From Sarea resinae (Eukaryota), in contig JAPEUD010000014.1 in NCBI GenBank assembly GCA_026026165.1, positions 124,001-188,000 on the forward strand: a stretch of 64,000 nt of DNA. Direction: 5' to 3'. How positions within the stretch are numbered: the first letter of the stretch is position 1; each line of letters opens with the position of its first letter. The notes below the pieces were generated by a model. That model had not been told where the DNA came from, searched no databases, and was given only the letters and a program-made list of their open reading frames with translations. This document shows, in pieces, positions 38,774-52,412 of this stretch. Position numbers and translations under genes: made by a program.

Positions 38774-39991
38774 ATGAGCTCCGGTCAGCCTTCCCATGTA
38801 TAACAGTGAGATCAAAAACACTAACGATACCGCAGCACAATTCGAGCTATCGGAGCCCCCAACGGACGCCATATCCGCGCTCAAATTCGCCCCGGGCTCA
38901 TCGACCAAACTCCTCGTCTCCTCCTGGGACAGAAACGTCTACCTCTACGACATTGATGACGGCAAAACGGGTCGCCTGATACGAAAATACGAGCACAGAG
39001 CGCCCGTGCTCGACGTCTGCTTCGGCGAAGATGAAAACGAGGCTTTCAGCGCCGGTCTGGATTGGGAAGTCAAGAAGTGCGTGCGCCCCCAGTCCACCCT
39101 CCAGAAACTACGGCCCCCTCCCCTTACCTATCCGGTTTGATCACTCAGCACACCTACTGATATCTCTCTTCAACAATCAGAATCGATCTCCAAACAGGCA
39201 CCCAAACAACCCTCTCCTCGCACTCGGCAGGCGTCAAATCCGTAGTCTACAGCCGCGCAACACACACGCTGTTCTCAGCCTCATGGGACAGCACATTACA
39301 CATCCACGACGTGCGCAGCACGCCGCCGAAAACGCCATCGACTCTACCACTGCCCAGCAAACCGTTTGCGCTCTCCCTGACGCCGACGAAGCTCATCGTC
39401 GCCATGGCGGCGCGCGCCCTACACATCTACGACCTCCTATCCCTGACAACGCTCGCCTCGCTGTCATCCCAGCCGCCGCCCAACACGCTCGAGATTGAGC
39501 CCTGGCAGCGGAGAGAGAGTTCGCTGAAATTCATGACGCGCGCCGTGGCGGCCATGCCCAACGACGCCGGCTACGCCAGCAGCAGCATCGAGGGCCGCGT
39601 CGCCGTCGAGTGGTTCGACCCCTCGCCCGAGTCGCAGGCGCGCAAATACGCCTTCAAATGCCATCGGCAGCCGTCGCCGGACAACAGCGGCGTCGACGTC
39701 GTCTATCCCGTCAACGCACTGGCGTTTCACCCCGTCCACGGCACCTTTGCTTCGGGCGGCGGGGACGGCGTTGTAGCGCTGTGGGACGGCGTGGCCAAGA
39801 GGCGTATCCGGCAGTATCAGCGCTTTCCGGCCAGCGTCGCCGCCCTGGCGTTCTCGACCGATGGGAAGTTCCTGGCTGTGGGCGTGAGTCCCGGCTTTGA
39901 GGACGGCAAGGAGGATTTGACCGAGGGGGTGGTCAAGGTATTTGTGCGGGAGCTGGGCGAGTCCGAGGCAAAGGGTAAGGGGGCCAAGTGA
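38774..39991 (+). CDS. BUB3: Spindle checkpoint WD40 protein Bub3
   Basis: Exons 38774-38783, 38836-39076, 39181-39991. PPTDAISALKF, RRESSLKFMTR, SSIEGRVAVEWFD, KYAFKCHR, YPVNALAFHPVHGTFASGGGDG, KRRIRQY. Confidence 0.93.
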
Positions 39992-40977
39992 AGGGAAAGA
40001 AAGGTATAGGTTCTTGAAGGATCGATTTCCACATTTTCATTTCGCCCACTTTTGCTTCCTTCTGTTCTCTCTGGCATGCTCAGACCACGTCAAGGAAAGA
40101 AAAGGATTGGCGTTATGAAAAGGAGGTGGTAGGATGGGAGTCCCGGTTTGCTACCTACTGAGCCCGCCGAATAAGGACCTAGATAGCGCTAGCTCCTTTA
40201 CGTTTCAATTTCACAGCGCCAAAAAGGTCCGTGAATCCACAGACGTTCCAATGAAGTGATCTGGGAAATATGAATATTCCTATTTCGATGCATCCCATCC
40301 CATCTCATCCGTGACCATACCTTTATAGTCCCTATCTCCCTGACAGATATACATGATCATGACCCCCTGTACTCGTCATTTCAACCACGTGTGCATGTGC
40401 GAACGAGATGGCCCCCACAACCCCACGCTAGCACGACGGGTGAGTATTCCTCTGATCGACAACCACTCCATGAAAACCGTCTCATTGAACTCGTAAGACA
40501 ACAAGACGGCAAGAGAGTAGCTATGTAAACTCTCCTCTTCCGCTCGTGCCACCCTAAGTTTACCTCGCGCAACGCCGCCCTCCACTCCCACCTCACGGTG
40601 TCCGTAATTGCCTTGAGCTTCAGCTTACTCAAAACGCAAAGATTCGGTGGGGACAAGCACAAAGCATGCAGTCACCACGGCGCAACGCAAGGACCAAGAC
40701 AGGTTCGAGTCGACGAGGGATAGACTGATAGAACAAGACTGGCTCGTAAATGATGAAGAACAGCATGAAGAACGTGACGGAAGAAACGAAAAGAGAGCAT
40801 GCAAGAGTAGAGTTAAAGGATAGTTCAAAGTGAAAAAGACTAAGCGCATTGTAAACAGACAACATGAGGATTGACAGACTCGTTTCTTCACGACATACAA
40901 TCCTTTCGTCGCAGGAGAACATCTTTCGATCGGCGAGAAAGCTCCGGCTTGGTAACTCTAATACGAATCCGATCCGT

Positions 40978-43899
40978 TCAGCCCAACAATTCGACATCCA
41001 GACCGATGGCGCGCATGAATAGGTTGACGTTGGCAAGCTTCTGGCTTGCCATTTCTGGCGGCAGCGTCTTCGCTTGTACGACTGTACCCAGGACCCGATC
41101 CCTATAGAAGAAGTAGTGACGATCAGTAATTGCCTTCTGATTTGGTAATCTATGAAAGCCATCATATTTGTTTGAAAGATAGTTCGCGTGCAGGCAGGAA
41201 CGAAGTGAATGATGTAAGATTGCAGAAGGGAATAATGAAGGAAAGGGAGAAAGGGAGAAGGCAGGGAGGGTGGGGACGACTGAAACTTACTTGACTGCGA
41301 TGACAAGTCTCTGCTGCTGATCTGGGTTGGCCTCAATGCCAAGCGCAGCAAGAAACTGCCAGACGTACACATCGTCACCCGAATTGATGTTGTCAGGGAA
41401 TATATACTGGAGCTCGGGTTCGAGAATGTCAAAGAGGCGATCATATTGCACGACCCTGAAGCACGCGTGAATTAGCATTGCCTCTTCATTCCTTCTTGAA
41501 ATCATCCTTACCATTGCTCCCATTCTGCATCGTCAATTTCCCCGGATTGCTTCAGTAACTCCGCACGGCTGACAAGCATGGTGAGGATGGCAACGCCAAT
41601 CTTCGTGTATGCAACAGCCTGCACGTTGACCTTCTCCAGAATGAGGGCCATGAGACCAACCGATATTTCAAGAGGAGCCTCATTCACGTAACCAAATAGA
41701 CTGGGCATTACCGCTTGCGAGAAGAGCTCAACCTCTTCGCGGACTGCAGTAGGGAGAACAACCTCGCCGGGCTGCAGATGTGCGCGGCGAATAACATCAA
41801 GCTGGTCGAGATGGACGACGATCATGGTAAGGATGGTAAGTCTTTGTTCTTGGTCTATGTGACGGAAGATTCGAGGGATGGCCTTCTTGCCCTTCGGGAA
41901 TGAAAGGAATTGTATGAAAGGATGAGATCCTGGTGAACTATAGATAGTAAGTTACTGGCGATGTCAACTTAGCAAACTACTGCACTTACTTGGGCATGAT
42001 GGGGTCCATGACCTTGAGAGCTCTCCAAAGCTGCTCCTTGAGATTCTGCAAAGCTACTCTCCATTCCATGTGTTGCTGCACTGCGGCTGCGTCGCCCTCT
42101 TCAGTCGGCGGAGGCGGCATACGACGTTCATGATCCTCCAATTGCATCAAAGCGCTATAGACGCCTTCGATATTCCGCAGAATTGCCTTTCTGTCACTTA
42201 CACTAACGGGAGCATGCTTTTTATCATGCGCCCTATGAACATCACCACTATCTTGCCGTTTGAAGTTGAGCAAGGGCTTGGGGGTTTTCGCGTTGCTAAA
42301 GGAAATTTTCCCGAGGCTCCCTTCTATCACCAATTGCTTGTTCTTGGGTTTCAACTTCGCAGCTTCAACGGCGCGCTGAACTTGCTGCTCCATTCTTTGC
42401 ATATGATTATCGGCGCCACGGTTATGCCTCCGTCCCGCTAAACCTTGTCGTCCGCCAGTCTGAAACAGGTAGGTCTGGGCAAAATGACTGAGAGGCTGAT
42501 GAGGAGTCTGCCGTGGACCACCGCGAATCTGGCTGTGTACTTGGTAGTAGAAATCTTCCGCGAGTGAGGCCTCTGGGCCCTGGTCGTTGAGACCGCCTGT
42601 CGCAGTGACAAGCTGTTGCAGCTGGATACGCGTAATAAAATTCTTATCCTGTGGAGTCATAAGGCCGTTGTCTTTTGAGAGCAAGTAGATCTTATGATTC
42701 CTTTTTGCTCGCTTTGCATCCTCGATCAAGAACGCCGTACGCTCTTCCTCGGATAAATGAAGAAGTTGCTGCGGGTTTGTGATGACATGTGCCTGGTTCG
42801 AGGATGTGGAAGGACCGGTAGGAGGGGCTTGTTGTCGAGCTTGCAAGATCTCCTGGCCGCGCGGTCCTGTTGGCGGTGTTTGTCGATTCGGATTCCGTAA
42901 TATTTGCCTCGGTTGAGGAGAGCTACGTTGCACGGCTGGAAGGGCAGGTGTAGGCTGTTGACGTTGTAGGATTTGCGCCCGTTGGATTGGCTGACCTTGG
43001 CTCTCACTGCGCTGGGGGAACTGAGGACCTTGATGATGAACTGGATGAGCCTGCGAAGGTGCAGCTTGATAACCTGGATAAGGTTGCTGAATCCCGGGTG
43101 GGGTGGGACGCTGTAGAATGGTCGGCGGCTGTTGTTGCTGCGGTTGTTGTTGTTGTTGTTGTTGTTGATGATGCTGTTGGGGTCGAATCTGAGGGATGGG
43201 AGTCGGCACTTGTGGCTGTTGTAACTGTGGCTGAGGAGGAGCTGGATGTCTGCTTTGTGCGCGCATAGCCGCTTCAACTTCTTCCAGGCTCATCATCCGT
43301 TTCGCGGATGCGGCGGTGGAGCTTGGCTCTGGGGCGGGCATACCATAGCCGGAGCTTCTATGCTGAACTTCTTCAAAGTCCGAAGGCCCTCTTCTCGGCG
43401 CTACACCCCACAGATCCGCGCTCACCTGTAGATCCGGAATGGCCCCAGGCTCCCTGTACTTTTCGTATCCCGTTCTTGTCGGCTTTGCAGGTGCTTCGGG
43501 CTGAGGGGGTTCTGGACCTTGGTGTCGAGCATAGCGGAGCTGCTCCTCATTTATGGCATCTGAGACTTTGGCGGTCTGACCGAAGAAGTCGAAGTCTTTG
43601 CCTACTGGAGCTTGACTGATACCAGGCTCTTCTCCTCCAAAGGTGTCGTCGTTGAATGCGTCATCCGTCTCATCCAACTTATCAGCGAGACCATCGTAGG
43701 TGTCCTCAAAGTCGAGACTGCCAGATACGTAAGTGATGATAGCATATTTACGTTGCGCTCTCACTCACGCGTCATCTTCATTCTGCACGCCACCACGAGC
43801 GACGCCCGCGAAAGGATCTGGCGCTTGACCGAACCCCGGGGCATTTGTCGGATGGCCACGATCCCTCGGGAGGGTCGTGTCAAATCCGAAGAAAGACAT
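40978..43899 (-). CDS. PAT1: mRNA decapping activator Pat1 (topoisomerase II-associated protein)
   Basis: Five exons. MSFFGFDTTLP start, FNDDTFG, MSLEEVEA, poly-Q/Pro region, GLMTPQDKNFITRIQLQQL, SLGKIS, HPFIQFLSFPKGKK, end NLFMRAIGLDVELLG. Confidence 0.95.
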
Positions 43900-45295
43900 C
43901 TCGTCTTTCTCTCGGCGGAAAGAACACGAGCTGGCAAGCTCGTCACAAACTTCGAGACTCCAAACAGCCAGTCGATAGAGAGGAGTTTCTTGCACTTCCA
44001 CTAATAGATAAGAGGAGCCGCCCTGAAGTCTAGGCAATGCTCGCGCAGCACATAGAGGATCAATGAAGAAAGTCGAGAATGGTGTGGGTGAGCAGTAGAG
44101 ACAGAGAGGTCGACGAGATTGCTCGACGGTGAATGCTGAACGCCCGACGAACGAACGAAGCTCGATCCATGGATGTGGATGATGATTCCTTGGACCGTTT
44201 AGTGGGGGCTCTACTCGGTACCTACAGGGAGCCTAGAAGACCATCAATGCTGTTCCCCCGAGACATCCACCGATGGGCACTCATCACTCATCACCCATCA
44301 CTCATCGATTAATAAAGGAGAGGGATAGAGCTGGATGAGGGTAAAAGGTTCGCCTTGCTAAGTGAAGTTTGCTTCTACGGAAGAGAACATTGGAAGCCGA
44401 TGCCTTTTACCAATAGCCATCCATAACAACTTATTCCCTCCCTGGACAATGGGAGCAAGGGGCTTCCAAAGGCGTCCGCTCTTGTGTCTCGAGTACGCTG
44501 TAGGTACCTAAGGGGTCTTGAGTACATTTGTTACACGAGCTCGTCAGCTAGTCACTGAAGTACCAAGGACTTCAAGTTTCCAGCCAGCACCAACGAAAAG
44601 TGGCTTAGCTGGCCCGAGGGTCCCCTTATCGAGTTGGACTCTGAGGATCAATCGAGGCACCAAAGGATCCAACACCAATGGGACTTAGCACGTAGCACTT
44701 CGTACTTCTGGTCGAGACATCGAGACTTACCTGAAGCATTGATATTCGTGGATGTACAGCTGAGGTTGGAGTCGCAGCGCAGTCAAAAGAGTTTCAAGTC
44801 TCAACAGACGCGTGGCCCTCTTTCTTTGCTCCTCTCCCTCTCCACCATCATTGTTCTGCAAGTACGGCCTTCGAGATTGATGTCGACTTCTTCCATGCAT
44901 CTACGATTGATTGACTTCTGATCCTACATTAATCATCCCTATCCTCACAATCTTCCCCTTCTTGATCCACCTCGCCTCCCCTGCCAGGTGTTCATCTCAT
45001 CGGCGAACCTCCCTGACAACGACTCCTCATCAGCACCGATCCTTCTAAGGCCATAATAACGTTGCCCTCGGCTCCCCCCCCTTAGGCATCCATCGTCACT
45101 CATTTCAAGCCCTTGCACTCTCCATTCATTGCCATCATCGTGTACGACGACACTCCAGCTGGGATACGTCGCCGTCGGTCGTCATTCGAGCCGGACTCGT
45201 ATTCGGACCACAGCGATTCAAGCGGCGAAAGACCTACTTCACACTCACCGACACAGAAGACATCATCTGATCCGCAAGGCGGGACGGGGAAAGAA

Positions 45296-46727
45296 ATGGC
45301 TTCGGGCACGGCACGACTGACGCGATATATTCTCTTCGCTTTCTTCGTACGTCCGAGCGTGGGGTTGCACATGCCTAGAGAAAGCTAATCGATGCAGGGG
45401 CTTGCCATTCTCTACTTCATTTCGTCGTCTTCGATACCCAGACAGCACCTGCAGAATGCCAGCGATCTCCTTAAAGAACAGAACGAGAAATGGCGGGGCG
45501 CTGGAGACAAGAGCACCACGAGCTCTGCCCAGGCTCATGCATCAGCCAAGGCGGACTCGAGTAGCAATACAACTCCGAACGTTCCCGGAGGTCTTCCTCC
45601 AGCTACGGCTGAAGGGCCGCGTATGAATGCCACGTTTGTGTCCCTAGCCCGAAATGCCGATCTGTGGGAGATTGCTCGCTCGATTCGACAAGTCGAGGAC
45701 CGATTCAACCGCAAATTCCATTACGACTGGGTGTTCTTGAACGACAAACCATTCGACGAGACGTTCAAAAAGGTCACAACGGCTTTGGTATCCGGCACGA
45801 CCAAATATGGCGAAATTCCCAAGGAGCACTGGTCATACCCAGACTTCATTGACCAGAACAAAGCGCGCAAGGTGCGCGAGGATATGGCACAACGGAAGAT
45901 CATCTATGGTGACTCCGTCAGCTACCGTCATATGTGTCGTTTTGAGTCGGGCTTCTTTTTCCGCCAACCCCTGATGAACGAATACGAGTGGTATTGGCGT
46001 GTAGAGCCCAGCATCGAGCTCTTCTGTGACATTGACTACGACGCCTTCAAATTTATGGCTGATCACGGAAAGAAGTATAGTTTCGTTCTCTCTCTATACG
46101 AGTACGTTGAGACGATCCCGACATTGTGGGATAGCGTCAAGGGCTTTATGAAGCAGCACCCCGAGCACATTGTCGAGGGCAACTCCATGGGATTTCTCAG
46201 CGATGATGGTGGCGACACCTATAACCACTGCCACTTCGTATGTCTCCGAACTATCCCTGTTCGGCCATCACTAATGTCTCTTTCTTGCAGTGGTCTAACT
46301 TCGAGATCGGCAATCTCGACTGGCTCCGCTCTAAAGCCTACATCGACTTTTTCAACTTTCTTGATCTTGACGGCGGCTTCTTTTATGAGCGCTGGGGGGA
46401 TGCACCTGTCCATTCGATTGGTGCCGCTCTGCTCTTGAAAAAGGAGGAGCTTCACTTCTTCAACGATATCGCCTACTACCACGTGCCCTTCACGCATTGC
46501 CCGACAGGCGAAAAGACTCGTCTTGATAACAAATGCCATTGCAATCCCAACGATAACTTTGATTGGAAGGGTTACTCTTGTAAGTTCTATGCTTGCTGTG
46601 CTATTTTGGCTCTTCGATTGGTTATGCTTATTGCGGTTGACTGATGAATCTATACCTAGGCACGTCCCGTTACTTCGATATCAACAACCTCGAAAAACCA
46701 GAAGGCTACGAGAAGCAGATTGATTGA
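45296..46727 (+). CDS. Alpha-1,2-mannosyltransferase, GT15 (Kre2/Mnt1/Ktr family)
   Basis: Exons 45296-45346, 45398-46237, 46291-46579, 46660-46727. Type [76 protein letters not shown]. Confidence 0.95.
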
Positions 46728-47511
46728 ATATTGCCCTTCAATATCGGCCGTTCCCTTTCAAATCAGCTCCCATCATCCCATGTACACCAGATCCATCCTC
46801 AACAGGCTCTGTCATCTTATTCCGTTTTTTCCATCTCCATCCTCTCTCTCAGCCTTTCACGTCCGCCGTAGGGAATGAAGATGTTGTTTTTCTTTTGCTT
46901 TATATATGTGACGAGGTCATAACATTGGCGAACACCAAAAGGGGAAATAAAATCTATGGATATCTTTCTGACATTTGCTCTCAATCCGTGGAATCACGTA
47001 TCACAGCCCTCATCGGTCCATCTCATCCGTTCCCGGGTGTTCCATGTTTAGCATCTCTTCAAGGTCATACGTGGGCCATGACAGGAGCGTGAAATGGGTA
47101 GGAGAGAGCATTTTCTGTATTTTAGGTTACTGTTTGCTTTATGCCGATTTCTGTTTTGTTGCCAACCTGCTTCCTTCCTCACATGGGCGGAGAGAATAGT
47201 AGCAGTAGTATTTTGTTTTAGATTAGATCAAGTCAATCAAGTCAATCAAGTATGCAAAGAGTGAAAGGAAAACGAAGTGGGGAAAGTCCGGAGAGACTTT
47301 GATGAAATAGGTACCAGCCAGAGGCGATCACAAATGGGCTTGATCTAATGAGAGGCAGTATCACCTGCAGTGATTTGAATTTATCCCTGAGACAATAAAG
47401 ACTGGCGATGGCGATGGCGATGGCGATGGCGATGGCGATAGTGAGGCCAAAGAGCGTTCTTGTGCGCGTTCTTGTGTTGGTGTGTTCTTGTGCTTTTCCC
47501 TGAGCCGACGA

Positions 47512-47521
47512 ATTGGCCAAT
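47512..47521. promoter_or_regulatory. Back-to-back CCAAT boxes (ATTGGCCAAT palindrome) upstream of the Rieske gene
   Basis: Perfect palindrome ~250 nt upstream of the RIP1 ATG. CCAAT/HAP control of respiratory genes is established; function here is inferred. Confidence 0.45.
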
Positions 47522-47768
47522 CGGAAGCGAGCTCGACCAGCTTACCTGAGGAAGGTACGAGGTACCGGTGGCCGCCCATCCCATCGCCGAAATCCTCGAC
47601 GACTTCTCGTCTCTCGTCTCTCGATCTCCCATCTCCCGCCGAACCGCAGGCGAAGCAAAAGCTCCCAGCTCCACTCCACTCCACTCAATCCCGTCCACCT
47701 CAACCCACCTGCATCTCCTCTCTTCATCATCAGCATCGTCCTCGTCACCAACATCAGCATCAGTCACC

Positions 47769-48831
47769 ATGCCTCTCACCTCCACAGCTGGCAGTCTGCT
47801 GCGCACCTCGGTGCGGCAGCAATTGCCCGCCGTCCGAGCCTCCTCGGTCGCGATGCAGAAACGGGGGCGAGCCGATGGGGCCCCATCGTCTTTCGACAGC
47901 CCGTTCCGTGGCTTCGGCGCCAGCAAGACGACTAACATCCCCAGCTTCGACAACTACAAGAGCAAAAGCGGCGAGACCTCCAACAAGGTGTTCCAGTACT
48001 TCATGGTTGGCACCCTCGGCATGTTGACGGGTGTGGGAGCAAAGGTCACTGTTCAAGGTGGGTTTACCTGATGATATCTCTGGCGTACTCAGATGTTGTG
48101 GAGGGGTGTGTTTGCTTGGTCAAGAGAGAGGAAGAAGAAGGAGAGCCAAAAGGACGGGCAGGGCCAATGCCCGACGAGGACCCGACGGCTAACAAGAGTC
48201 AATGGGCACAGACTTCCTGGTCAACATGTCCGCATCCGCCGACGTCCTGGCCCAAGCCAAGGTTGAGATCGACCTCAGCCAGATCCCAGAGGGCAAGAAC
48301 GTAAGACACCACACCATCCGCTACACTCCGCGGCTCTCCTGCGCTCCATTGGATTCTGATATCAATATCCACATCTAGGTCGTCATCAAGTGGCGAGGCA
48401 AGCCCGTCTTCATCCGCCACCGCACGGCCGAGGAGATCAAGACCGCAGAAGACACCCCATGGCAGAGCCTGCGGGATCCCCAACCCGACTCCGAGCGTGT
48501 CAAGAAGCCCGAATGGCTGATCATGTTGGGTATGTCTACCCTTCACCCCTCCGTCGTCCCTTAATGCACAGGCCTTAAATGCCCCCTTCCCACCTCAACC
48601 CGTCGGAACACATCCAAAAGCCCCGATACTGACCCGTGTCTAATTCCAGGCGTCTGCACGCATCTTGGCTGTGTCCCGATCGGCGAGGCCGGCGAATACG
48701 GTGGCTGGTTCTGCCCGTGCCACGGCTCCCACTACGACATCTCCGGCCGTGCGCGCAAGGGCCCCGCCCCGCTCAACCTCGAGGTGCCCGAGTACGACTT
48801 CCCCGAGGAGGGCTCAGTCGTTATCGGTTAA
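47769..48831 (+). CDS. RIP1: Cytochrome bc1 Rieske iron-sulfur subunit
   Basis: Exons 47769-48057, 48212-48300, 48379-48529, 48650-48831. [55 protein letters not shown]. Confidence 0.98.
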
Positions 48832-49581
48832 GCCTCGCATGTACCTGTGATGATTTGAGCGGAGACCTTTTAGACTTGGGGGCGGGGGGAAGCGTTCGCG
48901 GGAGGAGAGGGGAGCGTGTATGCCATCTAGGATATGTGGGAAGGGATAAGAACAGAAGGGAGGGAAGACGGGTCTTACAACGATGGGAGGCTGTTACATA
49001 TACGATGGGAGGGCATGTTTGCGGGGGGGCATGTGTGTATTCGAAGTGACGGAGCCGGCGCGTATGCAGGACGGGATAGAGAAAAGAAACACCCTTATCC
49101 ATCCCTATCCATCCATCCGCCGTCGTCCGGTTTCTTTTTCGTTTCTTATTTTCTGTACTTTCTCTCTCTCCCGTCGACCTATAACCTATCTACTTACCTA
49201 CTCACTCACTCATCAACTCACTCATCTACCCTTTTCCGTCCGTTTCTCGTCTCTCGTCTCTCGTCTCGTCTCTCGTCTCTCATCTCACCCGTGTGCTATA
49301 TCCGTTGTATGTATTTTTACCAAAAAAAAAAAAAAGAAAGGGGGACGGGAAAGGGAAAGGCACAGAATAGAAAAAGAAAAGAATAGACATATCTTTCTGT
49401 TTGCACAATCTACGTCTAGTGAAGTATATACACGAAACGAGGGACACTTTTTCCATCTGCTCATATATGCTACCATGCTATGCCATACCATGCTAAACCA
49501 CTCACATACACTCACTCTCTCCGGACGACCCCCACCTTCTGCCTGGACCGTCTACCCGGACGAGAAAGAACATTCAATGAC
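48832..49581. repeat. Low-complexity/microsatellite island ((TCTCGTC)n, (ACTC)n, (ATCC)n, poly-A, (ACCATGCT)n)
   Basis: Visible short arrays between convergent RIP1 and SHE9. Confidence 0.7.
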
Positions 49582-51388
49582 TCATTTCTGCAAGCCGAGG
49601 CCGAGCCTGACGACGACGACGGCGACGATGCCGGCGAAGGCAGCGCCGGCGGCCACGCCCTCGAGCGCGACGGCCGTGACGTCGATCTTGCGGAGCGCGA
49701 CCTGTCGGTCGGAGAAGAGGTCGCGGAGGGAGAGGCGCGCGGCGGTGAGGCTCAGGGAGAGGGATGTGGTGAGCGAGGTCAGTGTTGTTGAGAGGGAGGC
49801 GGGGATGGTGGAGAGGCTGGCTAGGGAGAGGGTGGAGAGGGTGACGGATGGGGTCCACCGTTTAGTTGATGCGGGTGGTGGTTGTGGTTGTGTGCTGGCG
49901 GAGTCGTCTGTGGAGAGAAGCTCGGGGGATGATGAATGCGAGGGAGACTTGGCGGGGTCGGCCTCGGTTGATGTCGTGCTTACGAGTGTCGCGGGTGTAG
50001 TGGCGTCTGAGAGTAAGGTTACAGGTTCGCTCAGCATGGCCGCGTCTGACCCCACGGCCATCGTACTGGCGTTGTCTCCCTCCTCCTCGGGCGTTTCTTG
50101 CGTGAGGAGGACTTCGTGGTTCTCTGTCAAGGCTTCGACGTCGGGGAGTGTTTTGACGGGGTCGACGGCTACGTCTTTCTCGGTAGTGACGGTGGCGGTT
50201 TCGTCGGTGTTTTCACCATTCTGCTTCTCTTCGTTTTTGGAGACGTCGTCTCCGGGCGTTGCCAAAATGACGGTACTAGTATCGGTGCCATTGGCGGCAA
50301 CGACGGCTGGTGCTGCACCCCTAGCCACATGCGAGACAGCACTCTCCCTCTCCAAAGCCTCAGCCACCTTCTCCTCAAACCCCTTGACCAGTCTCTTCCG
50401 TCTCCAAGGCTCGACACCAATCTGAAAGACCAGGAACAATAGCACGTTAACGCCCATCAGACCCCATGTTCCCCACGTACTCATGCGCCGGATCTTGTCG
50501 CTCCAGATTTGCTCCTCGTGGTATCGAGCTAGAATGCTCTTGCTGAGCTTCGCAGCCGCTTCATCGGCGTCCCGTTCGGCCGACGTAAGCGCTTCCTGTG
50601 TTCTTAGCTCGGCTTGCTCATTGGCGTGATCAGAGCGGTAGAGCGAGGTGAAGCGTTCGAGGTCTGCACCGGACCAGGCATGTTTCCGTTGGAGGAGTTC
50701 GTTCACTTCGCGTTGCGAGGCGGATCGCTGGGCGATGGCGTTTGTGTAGGCTTCTTTTGCCTCGCGAACGAGGGCGCGGGTGTCGCGCACGTGCTCCTCT
50801 GTTGGACGTTGCGTTAGCAGAGGCTCTTATGACGCCGATTGATGGGGTAATTGGGTACTTGCCTTGTCTCTCGATATCCTTTTTCAGGGCCTCGATGCCG
50901 GAATAGCCGGTGAGGTCGTTGAGTCTCTGGCCAGCGAAGAAGATGTTGGCTTGGAGCTCGTCCATGAGATACGAGAAGCGCTTCGCGATTTGGGATCTTC
51001 GGCTCTCCTCCTGAGAGGGGAGACTCGACGTAGAGACATTGTCATTACTGAACGGGGACGGTTCGGATGGATCAGTGGATTCGGACTTTGACGATTCTGC
51101 TGTTGCATTGTCTGTGGAAGTCGAGGTGGAGGGCGACGGGGAAGCAATTGGCGAGTCTCCTGACGGGGAATAATCCTCAGACGCCTTCGGTCTATCTGTT
51201 GGGGGTGATGGTCTGCCCTCGGTATACCGACGAAATTGAGCTCGAAACTGGCACTGAAGACATGTTGATGCTCTCTCGGGAAACCATTGTGGGATCTGCC
51301 TGGGATGGAATTGAGATTGCCGCTTGAAGGAGGCAGCCCATGCTGAATCGATGACAGCGGGACGGAGATGCCTCAGCAATGGCCTCAT
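49582..51388 (-). CDS. SHE9: Mitochondrial inner-membrane protein She9/Mdm33
   Basis: Exons 51388-50863 and 50798-49582 (GC-AG intron). [81 protein letters not shown]. Confidence 0.95.
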
Positions 51389-52412
51389 TGCTCTCCGTTG
51401 GAGTCCGTTGGAGGTGCGGCGCTGTTGATAAGTGAAGCTGCCTGGCCGGTGTGCCTTACCATGATCTGCCCAAGGTGTATGGATGCACGGTATGCACGGT
51501 ATGAGATGCAATGGTACCTTGAGGGAGTGACGGTGTAGCAGCGCGGTACTTGGGTGAAGCGACGTCTGGCTACCAAGATGCATGTAGATGCTGGTACTTG
51601 CTGTACCTGAATCGGGATTCGAGGGATTCTCTACCGTGAAGAGCCGGAGCCGACGCCCTTCTTCGGCGTGTGCCTGCCTGGACCGGAGGTACTCGAACCC
51701 TTAGCCCGATCGACACACTTGATGGATGACATCGTGGAAGTCTCTCGATGTACCTTCCCTTCCCTTGGGTTCCAGTGACCATCCTTCCATGGGCCATTGA
51801 AGATGTTCCACGATTAGGAGATTGATTCCTCTTGCATGCCTGGTGATATTTCTTTTTTCTCTCTCACCGATCACTCTGCGGCATATTGACGACTCAGCGA
51901 AAAGGCAATGGATGGTGTTGAGGCAATATCGCCATATAGCGCATCGTGTAGCAATTAGACTCTGATACTTTGGATGCAAAATCATACAACTCTCTCTCCC
52001 TAGTGATAGTGCCACCAGTCGGTCGTATGAAGAGTGACACGAGGCCCGAGCAGTCAACTACGTAGAATAGCCCCTCGCCGTGTCGCTTTACCCCACCAAC
52101 TCTCGAACCTGGTGAAGGCGGAACCTCACGACCTTCATCGCTATATAACCCTCAGCCTCGACACCTGTATGCCCACCCCTCTCTTCTGACCTTCCGCATA
52201 GTACGGACATTGACGCATACAAGGTCGCACACAAATACAATCTCTCTCTCGTGCCTGGACGTCGAGCGACTCCACCAAGAACATTACTGTAAGTGCCCTG
52301 CTCCATCATGATGTGTCCGGTTCGCCATGCTGGGATCCTGACCGCCCCGCCTACCTTGCAGGTTCCTGCATACCACTTCGCCCAAGACTCTCCATCCCTC
52401 TCGAAAATCAAG

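Noticed and set aside
41102..41290. Possible C/D snoRNA in the last PAT1 intron (ATGATGG..CTGA)
   Set aside because: Imperfect C box, span only ~45 nt, and the CTGA coincides with the branch point.
40629..41444. 271-aa minus-strand ORF
   Set aside because: Out-of-frame read across PAT1 last exons, intron and 3' UTR.
48983..50425. 480-aa plus-strand ORF
   Set aside because: Antisense shadow of GC3-rich SHE9 running through simple repeats; no domain-like sequence.
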